From NCBI GenBank assembly GCA_017559855.1, contig JAFYQP010000068.1:5636-69635 (forward strand): a DNA stretch of 64,000 nucleotides, written 5' to 3'. A program made the translations under genes and the position numbers. Each line of letters begins with the position of its first letter. The first letter of the stretch is position 1. Positions 1-8,786 of the stretch are shown one piece after another. The notes under the pieces are model-generated. The model saw only the letters and a program-made list of their open reading frames with translations, had not been told where the DNA came from and searched no databases. The DNA comes from Clostridia bacterium (GTDB lineage: Bacteria > Bacillota > Clostridia > Oscillospirales > JAAYXM01).

Positions 1-579
1 TAAAAGATGATTTAACCCGTCTTTTTGTGATGCAATAACGCCAATTATTTCAAATGTCTCTGTATGATTTGATACGGTTAACTTCATTTTTTTGCCGATA
101 ATATTTGTGCGACCGTACATATCTTTAGCAAATTCCGAATCTACGACGACAACCTTGTTTCTTTGTGATATGTCACTACTATTTGGAAGCCTTCCGTGTA
201 ATAAGTTCAACGTCATTACGCCGGAAATGTTGCTGCCTATACCCCAGATGACCGCATTGCCCTTTTTGTTTTTTATATGATAATTACCTGATTCGATTAT
301 AATCGGCTGTGCCTCGGAAACATACGGTACATATTTGTATATGGCATCTATATATTCACTATCGAGCACCGCTTTTGTATCTTTTGTGTATATTGTTACA
401 CCTGTAATTCCGGCTTTGTCGATTTCGGCGGAAATTAGTTTACTGCCACTATCCCCTAGTGATGAAATGAGCAGAACACTCGAAACGCCTATGCAAATTG
501 ACATTATTGTAAGTATTGATCTGTTTTTTGTACGCCATATATTTGCAAAGGATATTTTAATAATATCGTTAAGACGCAT
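1..579 (-). CDS. ABC transporter permease, MacB/FtsX-like (N-terminal part; gene runs off left edge)
   Basis: Not in ORF track because it is cut by the window edge. Reverse translation from ATG at 577-579 gives MRLNDIIKISFANIWRTKNRSILTIMSICIGVSS..., an N-terminal TM helix followed by a MacB-type extracytoplasmic domain. The start overlaps the stop of the upstream adaptor gene (TAATG). Confidence 0.7.
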   Translation of the reverse strand, partial: MRLNDIIKISFANIWRTKNRSILTIMSICIGVSSVLLISSLGDSGSKLISAEIDKAGITGVTIYTKDTKAVLDSEYIDAIYKYVPYVSEAQPIIIESGNYHIKNKKGNAVIWGIGSNISGVMTLNLLHGRLPNSSDISQRNKVVVVDSEFAKDMYGRTNIIGKKMKLTVSNHTETFEIIGVIASQKDGLNHLL

Positions 580-1556
580 TATTCATTTTCCTCTTTTGCC
601 ATTGTTTCAATAAATTTTTCATCGATGTTTTTGATAATGATATCTCTTTCACGAACACCGCCAAGCACTTCTACCCTATCCTCTAACTCTACGCCCGTTC
701 TTATCGCTTTTTTGACGGCTTTACCTTCGGTTACGGTATAGACGTACTCTTTGTCTTTTTCCTGAAATATGGCAGTGTACGGAATTGTGAGAGCGTTTTT
801 GTGTGCGGTGGTATATATTCGTGCATTGACATTGTAACCGGGTCTTAAATCATAATTTTCAGACGACAGTGCAAGAGTGACCTCGATGGTCGTTTCAGTG
901 CTTCCCGTAAAATTTATTTTCTTTTCTGCAATCGGGCTCACGTTTATTACGTGGCCGATATATTTTTTACCTGCAAATGCGTCTCCTGTTATTTCTGCAC
1001 TCTGTCCGATTCTTATGTCTTTTATATACAATTCGGGAACGGAAGCCTTAATGCACAAATTGTTAAAATCAGAAATGGTTACAATGGGTAGTTGCCCGAA
1101 GGCTATATCACCTTCGTTTGCGGATATATCTGTCACGACTCCGGCAATCGGAGCCGTTATTTGTGGAGTAAGAGGAATTGGTGCATCAAGTTTTTTATAT
1201 TTGTAGAATTTTTCTATATCCGACAGACTGTCAATTTTCGGTAAATTACTTAATGAATTCACTACGTCGGAAAGATGTTCGTCTGTCTCCGATACATCAA
1301 AGAGAATGCTTCCTTCGTTCACAAAATCTCCTATTGAAACGTACATTTTTTCAATTTTTCCGCTTTGTTCAAGTCTGACAACTCGCTTGTTGGTTTCTTC
1401 TACGTATCCGTGGGCGACAACGATATCATATAGATTTTCTTTCGTTGGATATATAGTGTCATAAATTTTACTATTACTGCTTTTTGATGGTGCACAATAC
1501 CACATGACGCAAATAATAAGTAGTGTTGCGATTAAGCAGAGCGTTTTTGATTTCAT
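579..1556 (-). CDS. efflux transporter periplasmic adaptor subunit (HlyD/MacA family)
   Basis: Track ORF 579..1601. Has an N-terminal signal-anchor (MKSKTLCLIATLLIICV), lipoyl-like and beta-barrel regions, and is coupled to the downstream MacB-like permease. I prefer the MKSK start at 1556, which has a GGAG upstream. Confidence 0.7.
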   Translation of the reverse strand: MKSKTLCLIATLLIICVMWYCAPSKSSNSKIYDTIYPTKENLYDIVVAHGYVEETNKRVVRLEQSGKIEKMYVSIGDFVNEGSILFDVSETDEHLSDVVNSLSNLPKIDSLSDIEKFYKYKKLDAPIPLTPQITAPIAGVVTDISANEGDIAFGQLPIVTISDFNNLCIKASVPELYIKDIRIGQSAEITGDAFAGKKYIGHVINVSPIAEKKINFTGSTETTIEVTLALSSENYDLRPGYNVNARIYTTAHKNALTIPYTAIFQEKDKEYVYTVTEGKAVKKAIRTGVELEDRVEVLGGVRERDIIIKNIDEKFIETMAKEENE

Positions 1557-1861
1557 AATAACATAACTCCGTTTGTATAATTCGTTGTTTTTTGCACACA
1601 TTAGTTTAAAAATATTGATGTTGTGGTGATTGATTTGAGTCTGATTACTTGCACAAGTGACTGCGTGTATCAGAAAGATGGTTTTTGCAGGTTGGTACAG
1701 GCAATGTCAGCGGGAATTCCATCCGCTTGTGGATGTATTCATTATGTCCCTAAGACCGCCGTAAGATACCCCGGAAAAGAGAAAAAATAATTTCGGTCAA
1801 ACTATGTGTGCTATCCCGTTTGAAAACGGCATATGCTTCAATTAGCAAAGGGGCGATGCTT

Positions 1862-2302
1862 ATGGCTTATTCCGACCGAGAGTTACTAGCGAGACTTATT
1901 CAATGCGAAGCCGGTGGCGAGGGCGATAACGGTATGCGTGCTGTTGCCAGCGTTATTATGAACCGAGTCAATGCTCCTAGCGGAGAATACGCAAGAGTTG
2001 GTAAAGGGAGCATAAGAAACATTATCTTCCAAGAGGGACAATTTGTGTGTGCATCTGCCACGGAAAACGGTAAACCTAATTTGCAAAATATATATAATAT
2101 GGAGCCGGAAGAAATACACTACGATATTGCAGATTGGGCAATTGCGGGAAACAGGTTGTCACCTTTGGGAAGTGCGTTATGGTTTTTCAACCCGTTTTCT
2201 AATACTTGCAGACAGAACTTTCCTAATGAAAATGGTTATTTTATTACACGCATCGGTAAGCATTGCTTCTACAATCCAAATGATAGTTATTATGACACCT
2301 AA
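1862..2302 (+). CDS. spore cortex-lytic cell wall hydrolase, SleB/CwlJ (Hydrolase_2) family
   Basis: Track ORF 1808..2302. Motif LIQCEAGGEGDNGMRAVASVIMNRV is typical of the CwlJ/SleB catalytic domain. The AAAGGGG RBS favours ATG 1862; ATG 1856 is also possible. Confidence 0.75.
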   Translation: MAYSDRELLARLIQCEAGGEGDNGMRAVASVIMNRVNAPSGEYARVGKGSIRNIIFQEGQFVCASATENGKPNLQNIYNMEPEEIHYDIADWAIAGNRLSPLGSALWFFNPFSNTCRQNFPNENGYFITRIGKHCFYNPNDSYYDT

Positions 2303-2315
2303 AGGAGGCTTTTAT

Positions 2316-2648
2316 ATGGATAATATGCAACTTAATTTACAACCCGGAGAACCCCAAAATGTTATTGCAGATCCTCAAACATCGGAAGAAGTATACAGAG
2401 CATCACTTAATGCAACGTTGAGTAATAATATCGGTCAGTATGTTGTTTGTGAGTTCTTAATTGGTACAAATGCAACCGTGTTAAAAGATGGTGTTATTTA
2501 CTCTGTAGGAGTAAACTTTCTTACACTTTATCAAGAGGAAGAAAATAGGTATGTGGTATGTGATATCTACGCACTTAAATTCATAACGTTCTTTAATTCA
2601 CGAACCAGACCGAGGAATGTCCGTATACCACGAAATTTAAGTATGTAA
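2316..2648 (+). CDS. gerQ: GerQ-like spore coat protein
   Basis: Inner part of track ORF 2043..2648. An AAAGGAGG RBS lies 7 nt before ATG 2316. The C-terminal block GVIYSVGVNFLTLYQEEENRYVVCDIYALKFITF resembles the GerQ/YwdL conserved domain, and the gene lies directly after a CwlJ-like gene. Confidence 0.6.
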   Translation: MDNMQLNLQPGEPQNVIADPQTSEEVYRASLNATLSNNIGQYVVCEFLIGTNATVLKDGVIYSVGVNFLTLYQEEENRYVVCDIYALKFITFFNSRTRPRNVRIPRNLSM

Positions 2649-2653
2649 CAAAA

Positions 2654-2683
2654 ATAGCGACAAGGAGTTTTCCTTGTCGCTAT
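2654..2683. terminator. intrinsic terminator hairpin between convergent genes
   Basis: A 13-bp perfect stem atagcgacaagga / tccttgtcgctat with loop gttt. An A-run on the left gives a U-tract for the minus-strand gene. Confidence 0.7.
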
Positions 2684-2687
2684 CATC

Positions 2688-3686
2688 TTATTTATGAGCA
2701 ATCACATCCAACAATTCAATGTGTGGTGTAATCGTGCCTTTGTTTATGTCGTAAGGTTCTGAATAATCGGTGGATAAATATTTCTTATTATCGTCTGCAA
2801 AAGTGGTGACAAATTCTCCGCCACCAAGTTCTGCTTGTTTCATAATACATCCTATGAGGTTTGCACCACTTGATATACCGACGCCAATGCCGAATTTTTC
2901 AGATAGCATACGTGCCATTATGATCGCGTCCTCATCATCGACGGAAACAATGCCGGTTAATTCGTCGAGTTTTAGAATACTTGGAATAAACTCGTCCGAT
3001 ATGCCTTGGATTCTGTGTTTTCCTATCTTATAACCGGTAGATAAGGTTGGGGAATTTAGCGGCTCTAATGCGTAGGACTTTAGTTCCGGATTAGCAGCAG
3101 TTAACCGGCGAGCAAGTCCCATTACTGTACCGCCCGTGCCAACACCTGCTACAAGACCATCAGGTTTAACACCGATAGCGTTCAATTGGCTGATGATTTC
3201 CTCGCCTGTATAAGCCATATGAGTATAGGTGTTATCCTCGTTTGAGAATTGACGAGGGAGAAAAACACCGTCCCGCTTCCCAAGTTCTTCACACATTGCG
3301 ATTGAGCCTAAGAAACCGCCCTGCTCTCTTGAAACGAGAATAACCTCAGCGCCAAAAGCTTGCATCAAACTGATTCTTTCACGACTCATCCAATCTGGCA
3401 TATAAATTCTAACCTTGTGACCTAAATATCTGCCGATTGCAGAGAAAGCAATGCCGGTATTTCCGCTTGTGGCCTCTGCGATGAGATCGCCTTTCTTTAA
3501 AGTACCGTCTTCTGTTGCCTTTTTCAAAATGTAGTAAGCAACACGGTCCTTTATACTGCCGGTGAGATTGAAATATTCAGCCTTAGCAAAAGTGCGGTAT
3601 TTTGTACCTTTATATTTATATTGGATCTCCAAGAGTGGCGTATTGCCTATAAGCGGGGTTATATTTCCCCAAACATCTGCTGACAT
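2688..3686 (-). CDS. PLP-dependent cysteine synthase family protein (CysK/CysM-like)
   Basis: Has the SIKDR PLP-lysine motif, a GTGGT glycine loop and SGNTG. At 332 aa it is the full length expected for the fold. Confidence 0.75.
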   Translation of the reverse strand: MSADVWGNITPLIGNTPLLEIQYKYKGTKYRTFAKAEYFNLTGSIKDRVAYYILKKATEDGTLKKGDLIAEATSGNTGIAFSAIGRYLGHKVRIYMPDWMSRERISLMQAFGAEVILVSREQGGFLGSIAMCEELGKRDGVFLPRQFSNEDNTYTHMAYTGEEIISQLNAIGVKPDGLVAGVGTGGTVMGLARRLTAANPELKSYALEPLNSPTLSTGYKIGKHRIQGISDEFIPSILKLDELTGIVSVDDEDAIIMARMLSEKFGIGVGISSGANLIGCIMKQAELGGGEFVTTFADDNKKYLSTDYSEPYDINKGTITPHIELLDVIAHK

Positions 3687-3767
3687 AATTAAAAACCTCT
3701 AATTTAAAATGATGACTTATAAAGCACAAAAATAAGTATACAACATTTTTGGTAAAAAGTCGAGAGT

Positions 3768-5204
3768 TTATTTTCTGGGATAAACCAAAAAACCGTTAGG
3801 TATCGCACGACCTTTAACTTTGTTTGCTGCAGAAGGACGTGAAATTTCTCGACCGTTGTAGTACATAATGCTTGATGATCCGCCGTCTAAGTTACATGCC
3901 TGAACCGCGTCGTACTGCATCATAATATCTGCACATTGACCGAGTGTTGCTCCGATTGAATAACCGGGAGCACGTCCATCAACAATCAATAGTAAAACTT
4001 CTCCGCGTTCTGTCTGACCGATTACCGAACGTGGTTGAATTCCCCAACCTGCAGAACCCTTAACGAGTTTTTCTCCGTTAATTATTAGGGCGGGTTTGAA
4101 CTCAACTGCATCTCTGAACGTAGAAAGAGACTTATAATTACCGATGTTTAATCGATCTCTATAGTCGAAAGCGATAATTTTATTTGCATTACCGATTATA
4201 TCCTGATATAACTCACCTTCTGAAATAACCAGACCGTATGCTTTGCCTCCGTTGCCCATTCCCTCGGGATCGACAAAGCCACTTGCGTTTATACCTAAAA
4301 TTGCACCATTGTCTTCTACAAGCAATTCGGCTCTGGAGCCGATTTTACCGAAGTTTTCACATAAACCTAACTTTACTTGTGCGGGATCTTTTATGATGGC
4401 TAAACGTGCAACAAAGCCGTCTCCATGTATTTTGGTGATTAATATACCGTTGTCCTCGTCGATGGCAAGAACTTCATCACCTTGTTTGGTTTTAATGGTA
4501 GTGCCATCGCCGTCTAAATTTGCTTCGTCTATCATAACACTTCCCTTTTTTGTGTATACGTCGTGCTCGCTCGCATACTCGTCAAAGGTGTCAATATCAA
4601 TCTCGTGGAAAATACGTGAAAAATATTCTTTGTCACTCTCCCAAATGGATCTGGGGGCGAAGCCGATTCCGCCATCCCATTCTGACACGAGACCGCTTTG
4701 GTGCTCGTCCAACAAATATCTGTCACGCATAACGTCATCAATGACGTCGCCCGGAATGAATGCGGTTGCGAGCCATTGATATCTCATTGTGCTCATAGCG
4801 GTTTCAATGTAAATTGTACGCCATTTAGCAATGAATGGAATTTGTGAATAAATAACGATTATGTAGAGATTAACAAAAACAAGAAGTAAAAACAGAGTTC
4901 TTTTAAACCATCCCCATTTTTTCTTCTTTTGTTTATTTCCGTTTTGTTTTGGAGATGTTTTTTGTGTTTTGGAGTTCTTTCTTTTTGGTGTATCATTGTT
5001 CCCTTTTTGTGAGGGGATCTTTGTGGGTTTTGCACCGCTTGTGCGTTTTTCGCCTTGATTGTTGCGGGAATTTCTTTTTGCACGAAGTGCAATTTCGTAC
5101 GCCTCATCGAATGAGTTCTTATCAGCACCGAAACCATATTCCTTGTCCCAAACTGATTCCCAATCAACGAAATCTATATCATCATTGTTGTTTTTGCGAT
5201 TCAA
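3768..5204 (-). CDS. phosphodiester glycosidase (NAGPA/DUF2233) family membrane-anchored protein
   Basis: Lys-rich N-terminal tail, one TM helix (LFLLLVFVNLYIIVIY), then a C-terminal domain ending in NLDGGSS, which is typical of NAGPA-like domains. Confidence 0.6.
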   Translation of the reverse strand: MNRKNNNDDIDFVDWESVWDKEYGFGADKNSFDEAYEIALRAKRNSRNNQGEKRTSGAKPTKIPSQKGNNDTPKRKNSKTQKTSPKQNGNKQKKKKWGWFKRTLFLLLVFVNLYIIVIYSQIPFIAKWRTIYIETAMSTMRYQWLATAFIPGDVIDDVMRDRYLLDEHQSGLVSEWDGGIGFAPRSIWESDKEYFSRIFHEIDIDTFDEYASEHDVYTKKGSVMIDEANLDGDGTTIKTKQGDEVLAIDEDNGILITKIHGDGFVARLAIIKDPAQVKLGLCENFGKIGSRAELLVEDNGAILGINASGFVDPEGMGNGGKAYGLVISEGELYQDIIGNANKIIAFDYRDRLNIGNYKSLSTFRDAVEFKPALIINGEKLVKGSAGWGIQPRSVIGQTERGEVLLLIVDGRAPGYSIGATLGQCADIMMQYDAVQACNLDGGSSSIMYYNGREISRPSAANKVKGRAIPNGFLVYPRK

Positions 5205-5275
5205 TTTATATCACCTCGAACATAGTTATAGTAACACATTACAATTCAATTTACAAGAGAAAAGCATTGAATTAT

Positions 5276-5311
5276 CATAAAAAAACGGCAATACAAATTG
5301 TATTGCCGTTT
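5276..5311 (-). terminator. intrinsic terminator after the DUF624 gene
   Basis: A 13-bp stem aaacggcaataca / tgtattgccgttt, followed on the minus strand by a T7 run. Confidence 0.75.
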
Positions 5312-5315
5312 AAAT

Positions 5316-6194
5316 CTATTCAGGTGTTCTTTCTGCTTCGGGTTTGAGGTGGTTATCCCCTTTTTCATTGAGCATATATTTTTTTATAACGGGATAAGTT
5401 GCGTAATTTGCAAGGAATCCGCAGAATGAAAAAGTGAATGTTGCCATAAGGAAAATATCGATATAAGGAGTTGAACTGAGTGAAAAAACCGCTAGTGCCG
5501 AAATGACGGTTACCAGAACGTTACGTCCAAAACCTAAAACTGCGAAAATATATGAGTTCTTGAAGATGCCTTTAATTGATAAATCGAATGTAACGGCGAT
5601 GGTGTAGAGGTAATATCGCATAAATACATAGAAAATTGATATGATTATAGCGAGAATTCGTAGTGCTGTGTAATAGTAGTACATTGCACCGGAGACGCCT
5701 GATATATCCATACGAAGATAAAGGACAAAACTAGAAATGACAATAATATCCAAAAGACCAAAAACTATTCCCTGCTTAAAGTTTTCTTTTGCTTTAGAGA
5801 ATAAATCGCTGTACCACACGTGTCGTTCTGTAGCGAGGTTTCTCATGCAGAAATTGAAGCCGCACGTTATTGGACCATAAAAAATCGCGGATATAACAAT
5901 AAGTGCAATAGAAACAGGTAGAGGAACCCAGAAAGACAGTCGCATAATCAAATTAACAAATACCGTCTGATTTACAACTTCGGGAGATATTCCAAACAAA
6001 GTAACGCCAATAGTTATGGCTGCACAAAGTAACGGGAAAATACAAACGAGATAAAGTACGTTCAAAATGCAAAGGCGCGTAATTTTACGGATAAGTAGTT
6101 CGAAAAAACGAAAAACTGCATTTTTCTTACGTTCGTTTGCATCTACACCCTTTCCGGGACGTGTGAATTTTGATTCTCTTTTCTTTCGTGCCAT
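5316..6194 (-). CDS. YesL/DUF624 family membrane protein
   Basis: Basic N-terminus, then FRFFELLIRKITRLCILNVLYLVCIFPLL and about 6 TM helices, matching DUF624-like architecture. Confidence 0.5.
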   Translation of the reverse strand: MARKKRESKFTRPGKGVDANERKKNAVFRFFELLIRKITRLCILNVLYLVCIFPLLCAAITIGVTLFGISPEVVNQTVFVNLIMRLSFWVPLPVSIALIVISAIFYGPITCGFNFCMRNLATERHVWYSDLFSKAKENFKQGIVFGLLDIIVISSFVLYLRMDISGVSGAMYYYYTALRILAIIISIFYVFMRYYLYTIAVTFDLSIKGIFKNSYIFAVLGFGRNVLVTVISALAVFSLSSTPYIDIFLMATFTFSFCGFLANYATYPVIKKYMLNEKGDNHLKPEAERTPE

Positions 6195-6210
6195 ATATGT
6201 ATATCTCCTT

Positions 6211-7086
6211 TTATGCTCGAGGATGGAACTTATTATATGTATTCTTTAAATTTTGTTGTAAAAGCATTGCGTAAACCTGAGTTGATGAAATATCCGCATG
6301 TCCCAACATTTCCTGAATAGAGCGTAAGTCTGCACCGTTTTGAAGCAAATGTGCAGCAAAAGAGTGTCGCAATGTGTGCGGAGTAATTTCTTTTTTAATA
6401 CCCGCAGACTCCTGGTATGCCTTAATGATTTTCCAAAAACCTTGTCTTGTCATTCGATCACCGGAAAGGTTTAAAAACAGAGCACTTTCCATGTGGTTTG
6501 CGGTCAGAATTCTTCGTGCTTGTTCGATATATTCGTTCAATGCAGAAACTGCAGCGGGATAAAGCGGCACAATTCTTTCTTTCTTACTTGAAACTATTCG
6601 TACAAAGCCTATCTCTGTATTTATATGATTTATGTCAAGAGATATTAGTTCGCTGACACGCATACCGGTAGCATACAATAGTTCAAGCATTGCACGGTCT
6701 CTGTATCCTTTAAGGGTATTGCGTTCGGGTTGTGAAAGAAGTAAATCCACTTCCTTATTTGTAAGAATCTGCGGAAGCTTCTTTTTTGAAGGGATTGTGG
6801 TAAATCCCTTTGTGGGATCATGGTCAATGGCACCACGAGCCATCATATAGTGAAAAAAGGATCTGATAGAGGCGATTGCACGAGTCTGTGTTGCAGAAGA
6901 CTTACCTTCTTCTTGCAGTGCCTCAAGATAGGCAGAAACGGTATCTGTATTTATTTTGGAAAGCTTGCTTGGTGCATAGGCTAAGAATTTGGCAACGTCA
7001 CGTATGTATGATGCGAGTGTATTTGCCGATGCACGTTTTTCTTCTATTAAAAAATGCTCATATTCTGCTAAGTATACCTGTGTCAT
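6211..7086 (-). CDS. xerD: site-specific tyrosine recombinase XerD/XerC family
   Basis: C-terminal catalytic signature HTLRHSFAAHLLQNGADLRSIQEMLGHADISSTQVY. The true start is probably MTQVYLAEYEHF at 7086. The track extension to 7194 would overlap spoIIM. Confidence 0.8.
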   Translation of the reverse strand: MTQVYLAEYEHFLIEEKRASANTLASYIRDVAKFLAYAPSKLSKINTDTVSAYLEALQEEGKSSATQTRAIASIRSFFHYMMARGAIDHDPTKGFTTIPSKKKLPQILTNKEVDLLLSQPERNTLKGYRDRAMLELLYATGMRVSELISLDINHINTEIGFVRIVSSKKERIVPLYPAAVSALNEYIEQARRILTANHMESALFLNLSGDRMTRQGFWKIIKAYQESAGIKKEITPHTLRHSFAAHLLQNGADLRSIQEMLGHADISSTQVYAMLLQQNLKNTYNKFHPRA

Positions 7087-7106
7087 CCAACAAGCCCTCC
7101 TTTCGG

Positions 7107-7706
7107 TTAAATTATATTTTTTAAAGCGTATGAAACTAAGTTTGGGGTAATAAAAACTTCGAATGCCGATAAAAATAGTAGGCAGATGAAGCAAAATGTT
7201 ACGGTGAAAATATGTTGCTTTGTCAATATCGGTTCAAAAACCGAGTGCTTTCCGGTTATGAACATCCGCCACTGTTGTTTTGCAGAGTTGAAACTGAGAG
7301 CTGAAATCAAAAGCAAACAAGGGATCAAAACTATTGCCTGAACAGCGAAAACGGAAAAAGAAATCCATATTCCTGCAGTTCCGTATATCCTTATGATTGC
7401 ACCAATGGAAAATGCACAATAATAACCTTTTACATAAATAACTATCGGTAAAAACAACACGCCTAAAGCGGTGAAACCACAAAGAAAAACGAATAAAGGA
7501 TATTTAAAAACACTAAAAACTGTTTTAATCAGAATCTTTGAGTGGTCAGAATTTACTATTCCGGATATGGATTTTGAAAGGTCGGATATTGTGTCTCCTT
7601 CAATATAAGATGCAGTGACCGCACCTACTATAATTCCACACAGGAGAAAAATTGATAAAACAATAAAATTAATCGTTGATTTTGAGAAGTGTGCTTTGAT
7701 ACGCAT
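7107..7706 (-). CDS. spoIIM: stage II sporulation protein M
   Basis: A 199-aa polytopic protein whose helix pattern and C-terminus (LSAFEVFITPNLV) resemble SpoIIM. It lies next to xerD, as in Bacillus. Confidence 0.7.
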   Translation of the reverse strand: MRIKAHFSKSTINFIVLSIFLLCGIIVGAVTASYIEGDTISDLSKSISGIVNSDHSKILIKTVFSVFKYPLFVFLCGFTALGVLFLPIVIYVKGYYCAFSIGAIIRIYGTAGIWISFSVFAVQAIVLIPCLLLISALSFNSAKQQWRMFITGKHSVFEPILTKQHIFTVTFCFICLLFLSAFEVFITPNLVSYALKNII

Positions 7707-7761
7707 TACGCTCGTCCCCTTTCATCATAATAAATATGAAGGGGCGATCTTGAATATTCTT

Positions 7762-8547
7762 TTATTTGCCTAATTCATCAGCACGTTTTACAGTGCGTTC
7801 AAAAACGGTGGATATCATTTCTTCAAAATTAAAATCATCAAAACCGGTAAGACCTGCCAATGTGGTTCCGCCCGGACTTGTTACTTGTGCAATAAGTTCG
7901 TCCGGCGTCTTGGTGCTGCTTTCCATCATATGAGCAACGCCGTGTAATGTGGAAAGGACAAGATTTTTAGAAACGTCATAACTCAAACCTGATTCTACAC
8001 CTGAATCGCACATTGCCTTTACAAAACGGAAAAAGAATGCAGGACTCGAACTTGAAAGCGGTATAGTCTTGTTTATGTCATCTTCTGAGACCTCGACAAC
8101 ACTTCCTGCTGCTCTGAAAATGTCGCACACAAGTTTGTAAATGTCACATGGTGCATTGGATTTTGCAATAGCGGTACATCCCTTGCCCACGACAATGGGT
8201 GTGTTCGGCATAACACGGATAACATATGCATTTCCAAGAGTATCAATGATTTTTTTTGTAGAAACACCGGCTAAGAGTGAAACAATACACTTTCCGTCAA
8301 CCGAACCTTTCAACTCCGGTGCAATCTCGTTTAATTTCTGCGGCTTGAACCCTAAAAAAATAACATCACACTTCCGGCAAACCTCAAGATTTGAATTTGC
8401 AATTTCAATTCCAGCAAAAGCATTCAGCTTACTCACGGTTGGATTGAATGCGGTGATTTGATTTGGCGAAAGAATGCCACTATTAAGTGCGGACGTTAAA
8501 ACGGCACCGGACATATTACCGACTCCGCAAAAGCCGACTCTTAACAT
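7762..8547 (-). CDS. proC: pyrroline-5-carboxylate reductase
   Basis: Rossmann motif GFCGVGNMSGAV and C-terminal SPGGTT. The second ATG at 8547 has better spacing from the GGAGG RBS. Confidence 0.85.
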   Translation of the reverse strand: MLRVGFCGVGNMSGAVLTSALNSGILSPNQITAFNPTVSKLNAFAGIEIANSNLEVCRKCDVIFLGFKPQKLNEIAPELKGSVDGKCIVSLLAGVSTKKIIDTLGNAYVIRVMPNTPIVVGKGCTAIAKSNAPCDIYKLVCDIFRAAGSVVEVSEDDINKTIPLSSSSPAFFFRFVKAMCDSGVESGLSYDVSKNLVLSTLHGVAHMMESSTKTPDELIAQVTSPGGTTLAGLTGFDDFNFEEMISTVFERTVKRADELGK

Positions 8548-8592
8548 ATGCATTCCTCCTTTGATTTACTTTACATAAAACCGGTAAGATAA

Positions 8593-8621
8593 AATATACC
8601 TTAAATCGGCCTGAAATTCAA
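8593..8621 (-). promoter_or_regulatory. candidate sigma-A promoter for proC
   Basis: On the minus strand: TTGAAT, 17-nt spacer, TATATT, about 45 nt upstream of the proC start. Confidence 0.4.
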
Positions 8622-8667
8622 GTGAAAATAAAGGAAATTTGCATTTTTGTACAAATCTCCAAAAAAT

Positions 8668-8692
8668 ATTATGTAAACTAAATTATGTAAAC
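8668..8692. repeat. 11-bp direct repeat (attatgtaaac x2, 14-bp period) upstream of the proC promoter
   Basis: Exact copies at 8668-8678 and 8682-8692. On the minus strand the repeat reads GTTTACATAAT. Confidence 0.6.
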
Positions 8693-8741
8693 CTGAAAAA
8701 CCACATTCCCTTGTGGTTGAATGAGATGTTGACCACAAGAA

Positions 8742-8775
8742 CAAAAAAGAACCACGGTGAAAACACCGTGGTTCT
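8742..8775 (-). terminator. intrinsic terminator after scfB
   Basis: A 12-bp stem agaaccacggtg / caccgtggttct with loop aaaa, followed on the minus strand by a T6 run. Confidence 0.8.
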
Positions 8776-8786
8776 TGTGCATTTTA

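Noticed and set aside
1704-1790. A 28-codon ORF (MSAGIPSACGCIHYVPKTAVRYPGKEKK) in the divergent spacer between the efflux adaptor and the cwlJ-like gene.
   Set aside because: It has no convincing RBS and no recognisable family, and it sits in a region that must hold two divergent promoters. It is treated as noise unless comparative data show conservation.
6211-7194. N-terminally extended versions of several track ORFs: xerD to 7194, Toprim to 26337, fba to 30630, ispG to 36026, asp23 to 56612, spoIIIAD to 61092, gerQ-like from 2043, tgt to 12450.
   Set aside because: The extensions overlap upstream genes, promoters or terminators and lack RBSs. Internal starts give N-termini matching the protein families and have proper Shine-Dalgarno spacing.
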